64,000 nt of DNA from an uncultured Eubacteriales bacterium. Lineage in GTDB: Bacteria > Bacillota > Clostridia > Oscillospirales > Acutalibacteraceae. How positions within the stretch are numbered: position 1 is the first letter of the stretch; each line of letters begins with the position of its first letter. The notes under the pieces were generated by a model. That model ran no database searches, was not told the DNA's origin, and worked only from the letters and a program-made list of their open reading frames with translations. Shown one piece after another: positions 61,147-64,000 of this stretch. The stretch spans positions 9,035-73,034 of the forward strand of contig ONSY01000077.1 in the NCBI GenBank assembly GCA_900320605.1, in the 5' to 3' direction. The translations under genes were made by a program, and so were the position numbers.

Positions 61147-62541
61147 ATGTCTGATTTTGCAAATGAAGTAACACTCGACCGGAGCAATGCATATCTGCGT
61201 CTTGAAGAAAAGGAAATTGAGACGGCGTATGATTTTTGTGAAGACTACAAGTTTTTCCTGGATCATTCCAAAACAGAAAGGGAAGCCGTATCTACTTCGA
61301 TCGAGATTGCAGTAAAAAATGGTTTTGAGCCCTTTGATCCGCTTAAAAAATATGCACCAGGAGCTAAAGTGTATCTCAATAATCGTGGAAAATCCGTTAT
61401 TTTTTCCGTAATTGGCAAAAACGGCGCTAAGAATGGTGTCCGTATTGCGGCTGCTCACATTGATTCTCCGCGAATTGATTTGAAGCCGATGCCTCTCTAT
61501 GAAAAAAATGAGCTCGCGCTGCTTAAGACACATTATTACGGCGGGATTAAAAAATACCAGTGGACAGCCCTTCCGCTTTCTATGCATGGCGTTGTTATAA
61601 AGCGCAACGGGGAAAAAGTAGAAATCTCGATTGGGGAGAACAGCGATGATCCGCAGTTCTGTATCACCGATCTGCTGCCGCATCTGTCTCAGGAACAGAG
61701 CGTAAAGACTCTTGGGAAAGCGATTGAGGGAGAAGATCTGAATATTCTCGTCGGAAGCCGTCCATACAGGGAAGACGATGAGGAAAAAGTGGAGAAAGCA
61801 TATAAGCTGAACATTCTCAAAATATTAAATGATCGATATGGTATTGAGGAAGAAGATCTCATATCCGCAGAAATCGAATTTGTTCCAACTTTAAAGGCAA
61901 GTGATATAGGTTTTGACAGAAGCATGATCGGATCTTACGGTCACGATGACCGCGTCTGTGCATATCCGGCACTTATGGCCATGATGAATCTGGAAGAAAT
62001 CCCGGATCAGACTGCTGTCACTGTGTTGACAGATAAGGAAGAAACGGGTTCTGATGGAAACACCGGACTGAATTCTGCCTATCTGGCGTATTTTATTGAA
62101 GATCTTGCACAGGCGGAAGGCCTTGCTGTAAGACATGTGCTCTCGAAATCTAAATGTCTCTCTGCAGATGTTACTGCGGCGCTTGACCCAACGTATGAAA
62201 GAGCATACGAGCCTATGAATTCCTGCTACATTAACCGTGGCGTTGGCGTGTGCAAATATACCGGTTCCCGTGGTAAGGGAGCAACGTCTGATGCAAGTGC
62301 CGAATTTGTGGGCGAGGTAAGAAAAATATTCAATGACAATGGTGTCATTTGGCAGATGGGAGAGCTTGGACGAGTTGATCTGGGCGGCGGCGGAACAGTT
62401 GCGAAATATATCGCCAATCTCAATGTTGATGTAATTGATGTAGGCGTTCCGGTTCTTTCGATGCACGCACCTTTTGAAATTGTCGGAAAACTTGATGTTT
62501 ATATGGCCTATAAGGGATTTAAAGCTTTTTTTGAAGTATAA
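61147..62541 (+). CDS. M18-family aminopeptidase
   Basis: AAHIDSP, GHDDRVCAY and TDKEETGS motifs. ATG at 61147 lies 8 nt after AAAGGAG; the ORF opens at 61141. Confidence 0.85.
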   Translation: MSDFANEVTLDRSNAYLRLEEKEIETAYDFCEDYKFFLDHSKTEREAVSTSIEIAVKNGFEPFDPLKKYAPGAKVYLNNRGKSVIFSVIGKNGAKNGVRIAAAHIDSPRIDLKPMPLYEKNELALLKTHYYGGIKKYQWTALPLSMHGVVIKRNGEKVEISIGENSDDPQFCITDLLPHLSQEQSVKTLGKAIEGEDLNILVGSRPYREDDEEKVEKAYKLNILKILNDRYGIEEEDLISAEIEFVPTLKASDIGFDRSMIGSYGHDDRVCAYPALMAMMNLEEIPDQTAVTVLTDKEETGSDGNTGLNSAYLAYFIEDLAQAEGLAVRHVLSKSKCLSADVTAALDPTYERAYEPMNSCYINRGVGVCKYTGSRGKGATSDASAEFVGEVRKIFNDNGVIWQMGELGRVDLGGGGTVAKYIANLNVDVIDVGVPVLSMHAPFEIVGKLDVYMAYKGFKAFFEV

Positions 62542-62543
62542 AG

Positions 62544-63425
62544 ATGATTTTTCGACGAAAGACCTATCGAAGAAAACGCGCAGCAGTTTTTAAAATGCTG
62601 CCGGATGAGAAGATAGCAACGGTTAGAAAACAGAAGACAGAGCGCCAAAAACGGCGGGAAGTAACCGTTATCCGCAAAGTTATTACTATAATAACTGTTT
62701 TTCTGATCCTGCTCCTGATCGCTGCGGCAATACTGCTGATACGGCAGGCAAATTCCTCGGGCGGACTGCATTGGGCGTGGCTGGATGAATTTCTTGGCAG
62801 AGAGACAGAAAGCTCCATGTCTTCAATTACGGAGTCTTCTGTCCCGGAACCAGTTTCTATTGTGATTGATGAACCGGAAGACGATTCATATTTGCTGATC
62901 ATCGTCAATTCAATTCATCCTCTTCCGAAGGATTTCACTCCGGAGTTATCTCAGGTCGGTGATGTCTTTCTGGAAAAAAACGCTGCGGAAGCTCTCAGCG
63001 CGATGACTGAATCGGCAAAGAAAGCGGGTATCACGCTTCCTTTGCTGCGCGGATATACCACAGCGGTAGAACAGGAAGAAATATATCAGCAGAAGTATGA
63101 AGAACTTCTCTGGTCAGGGACATCTCCTGCAAAAGCGAAGGACACGGCTTCAATATGGCGGCCAGGCTGGAGCGAAAGTCAAACAGGATTATTGCTTGAA
63201 CTGTCCGGAAACGATGAATTTGAATCAAGCAATGAATTCTACTGGCTTTGTGAACACAGTGCGGAATATGGCTTTATATTCCGTTATCCCGAAGGTAAAG
63301 CAAGGAAAACAGGTGTCGCTTTTAATCCTAAGATATTGCGATTTGTCGGAACAGAGAATGCTGCAACGATGCGACAGCTCGATATGTGTCTGGAAGAATA
63401 TGTTCGTTATCTTTCCGATCGATGA
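62544..63425 (+). CDS. VanY-like M15B D-alanyl-D-alanine carboxypeptidase, membrane anchored
   Basis: N-terminal TM helix; SESQTGLLLEL and AEYGFIFRYPEGK motifs. Confidence 0.8.
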   Translation: MIFRRKTYRRKRAAVFKMLPDEKIATVRKQKTERQKRREVTVIRKVITIITVFLILLLIAAAILLIRQANSSGGLHWAWLDEFLGRETESSMSSITESSVPEPVSIVIDEPEDDSYLLIIVNSIHPLPKDFTPELSQVGDVFLEKNAAEALSAMTESAKKAGITLPLLRGYTTAVEQEEIYQQKYEELLWSGTSPAKAKDTASIWRPGWSESQTGLLLELSGNDEFESSNEFYWLCEHSAEYGFIFRYPEGKARKTGVAFNPKILRFVGTENAATMRQLDMCLEEYVRYLSDR

Positions 63426-63656
63426 TACCGATGATTAGATCTTGTTTTACTTTTGTGTAATTAAGCGCGAATAGATTTAACCGTTTATATTGAATACATC
63501 ATGATTTGTGGCAGCTGAGTTGGTAAATGAAACGTTTTTACCAGAAGCGGATTTAACGGATATATGCAGACAAGGGGTTCTTTACTGTCAAGTTCATGGC
63601 CTTTTAAGGCAACAAGAATTGAAGCGGTATAAACAAGAAAAAATCGAAAAAAAGTC

Positions 63657-63685
63657 TTGATTTTTCCGATTCTTTATGATAACAT
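63657..63685 (+). promoter_or_regulatory. rpmE promoter (copy 3 of the recurring module)
   Basis: AGTCTTGATTTTTCC...TTTATGATAACAT: TTGATT, 17-nt spacer ending in TGA, then TAACAT. Confidence 0.55.
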
Positions 63686-63726
63686 TGATATGTTGACCAA
63701 AAGGCGGAATAAAGAGGTGAAAAAGA

Positions 63727-63927
63727 ATGAAAGAAAATATTCATCCCAACTACAAGGCGACTACGATCCGTTGTGCTTGCGGAAACGTAATCGAGACAAG
63801 ATCTACGAAAGAGAATATCCGCGTTGAAATTTGCTCTAAATGCCATCCGTTCTTTACCGGTAAGCAGAAATTAGTTGATACGAGCGGACGCGTTGATCTG
63901 TTCAAAAAGCGTTACGGTTTGGAATAA
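63727..63927 (+). CDS. rpmE: 50S ribosomal protein L31 (Zn-ribbon type A)
   Basis: [10 protein letters not shown]...CACG...[13 protein letters not shown]. Confidence 0.95.
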   Translation: MKENIHPNYKATTIRCACGNVIETRSTKENIRVEICSKCHPFFTGKQKLVDTSGRVDLFKKRYGLE

Positions 63928-63943
63928 TCGAATTCGTCTTTTC

Positions 63944-63975
63944 TGGGCGGTGCTTTTGGCATCGCCCATATTTCA
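63944..63975 (+). terminator. Possible terminator after rpmE
   Basis: TGGGCG / CGCCCA stem with a 13-nt loop, then a T-rich tract. Weak. Confidence 0.4.
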
Positions 63976-64000
63976 TTTATTGAGGGAACTTATGTATAAA

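Overview
This window looks like a mostly core chromosomal segment of a Bacillota (Clostridia-like) genome. The lineage call rests on GGAGG Shine-Dalgarno (SD) sites, TTGACA/TATAAT promoters, an L21-Prp-L27 operon with an L27 propeptide, and Mini-RNase III. Recognisable blocks in order: pepT and a SEDS (RodA/FtsW) gene; rplU-prp-rpmA; obg and mrnC; a TetM/TetO-like GTPase; a tRNA(CAU). A visibly AT-richer accessory stretch follows (about 7.7-13.3 kb) carrying an MBL hydrolase, a ZIP transporter, a GT4 glycosyltransferase, a Kv-type K+ channel and a zinc-ribbon membrane protein. Then come rpoB-rpoC, rpsL-rpsG-fusA-tuf, a triple-repeat lipoprotein, and gdhA divergent from glnA-glmS. After that: xylB plus a DUF4867-like gene, a frame-split lipoprotein, hsp20, a YitT-like gene, an MFS transporter and two esterases. 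Next are an M16 peptidase pair, lgt with a long acidic tail, and dxs-tlyA-nadK-argR-recN. The window ends with a YfhO-like gene, tRNA-Pro(GGG), fucO, an uncharacterised membrane operon, DUF951, prfA, tsaC, coaE, an SLT-domain gene, an M18 aminopeptidase, a VanY-like peptidase and rpmE. I saw no CRISPR array, rRNA, intact transposase or integrase, and no recognisable defence genes. I found no strong evidence for a large novel multi-gene system. The best leads are (1) the 55.7-57.5 kb membrane operon, which has a cargo-less signal/anchor mini-protein and a decayed tandem twin of it, and (2) a 19-codon hydrophobic ORF near 8.2 kb whose SD is buried in a 16-bp hairpin, as in type I toxins. Smaller leads are a lipoprotein split at an A-tract, a promoter module present three times, and a dxs start-codon anomaly. 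All family assignments come from motif recognition by eye; no database search was run.
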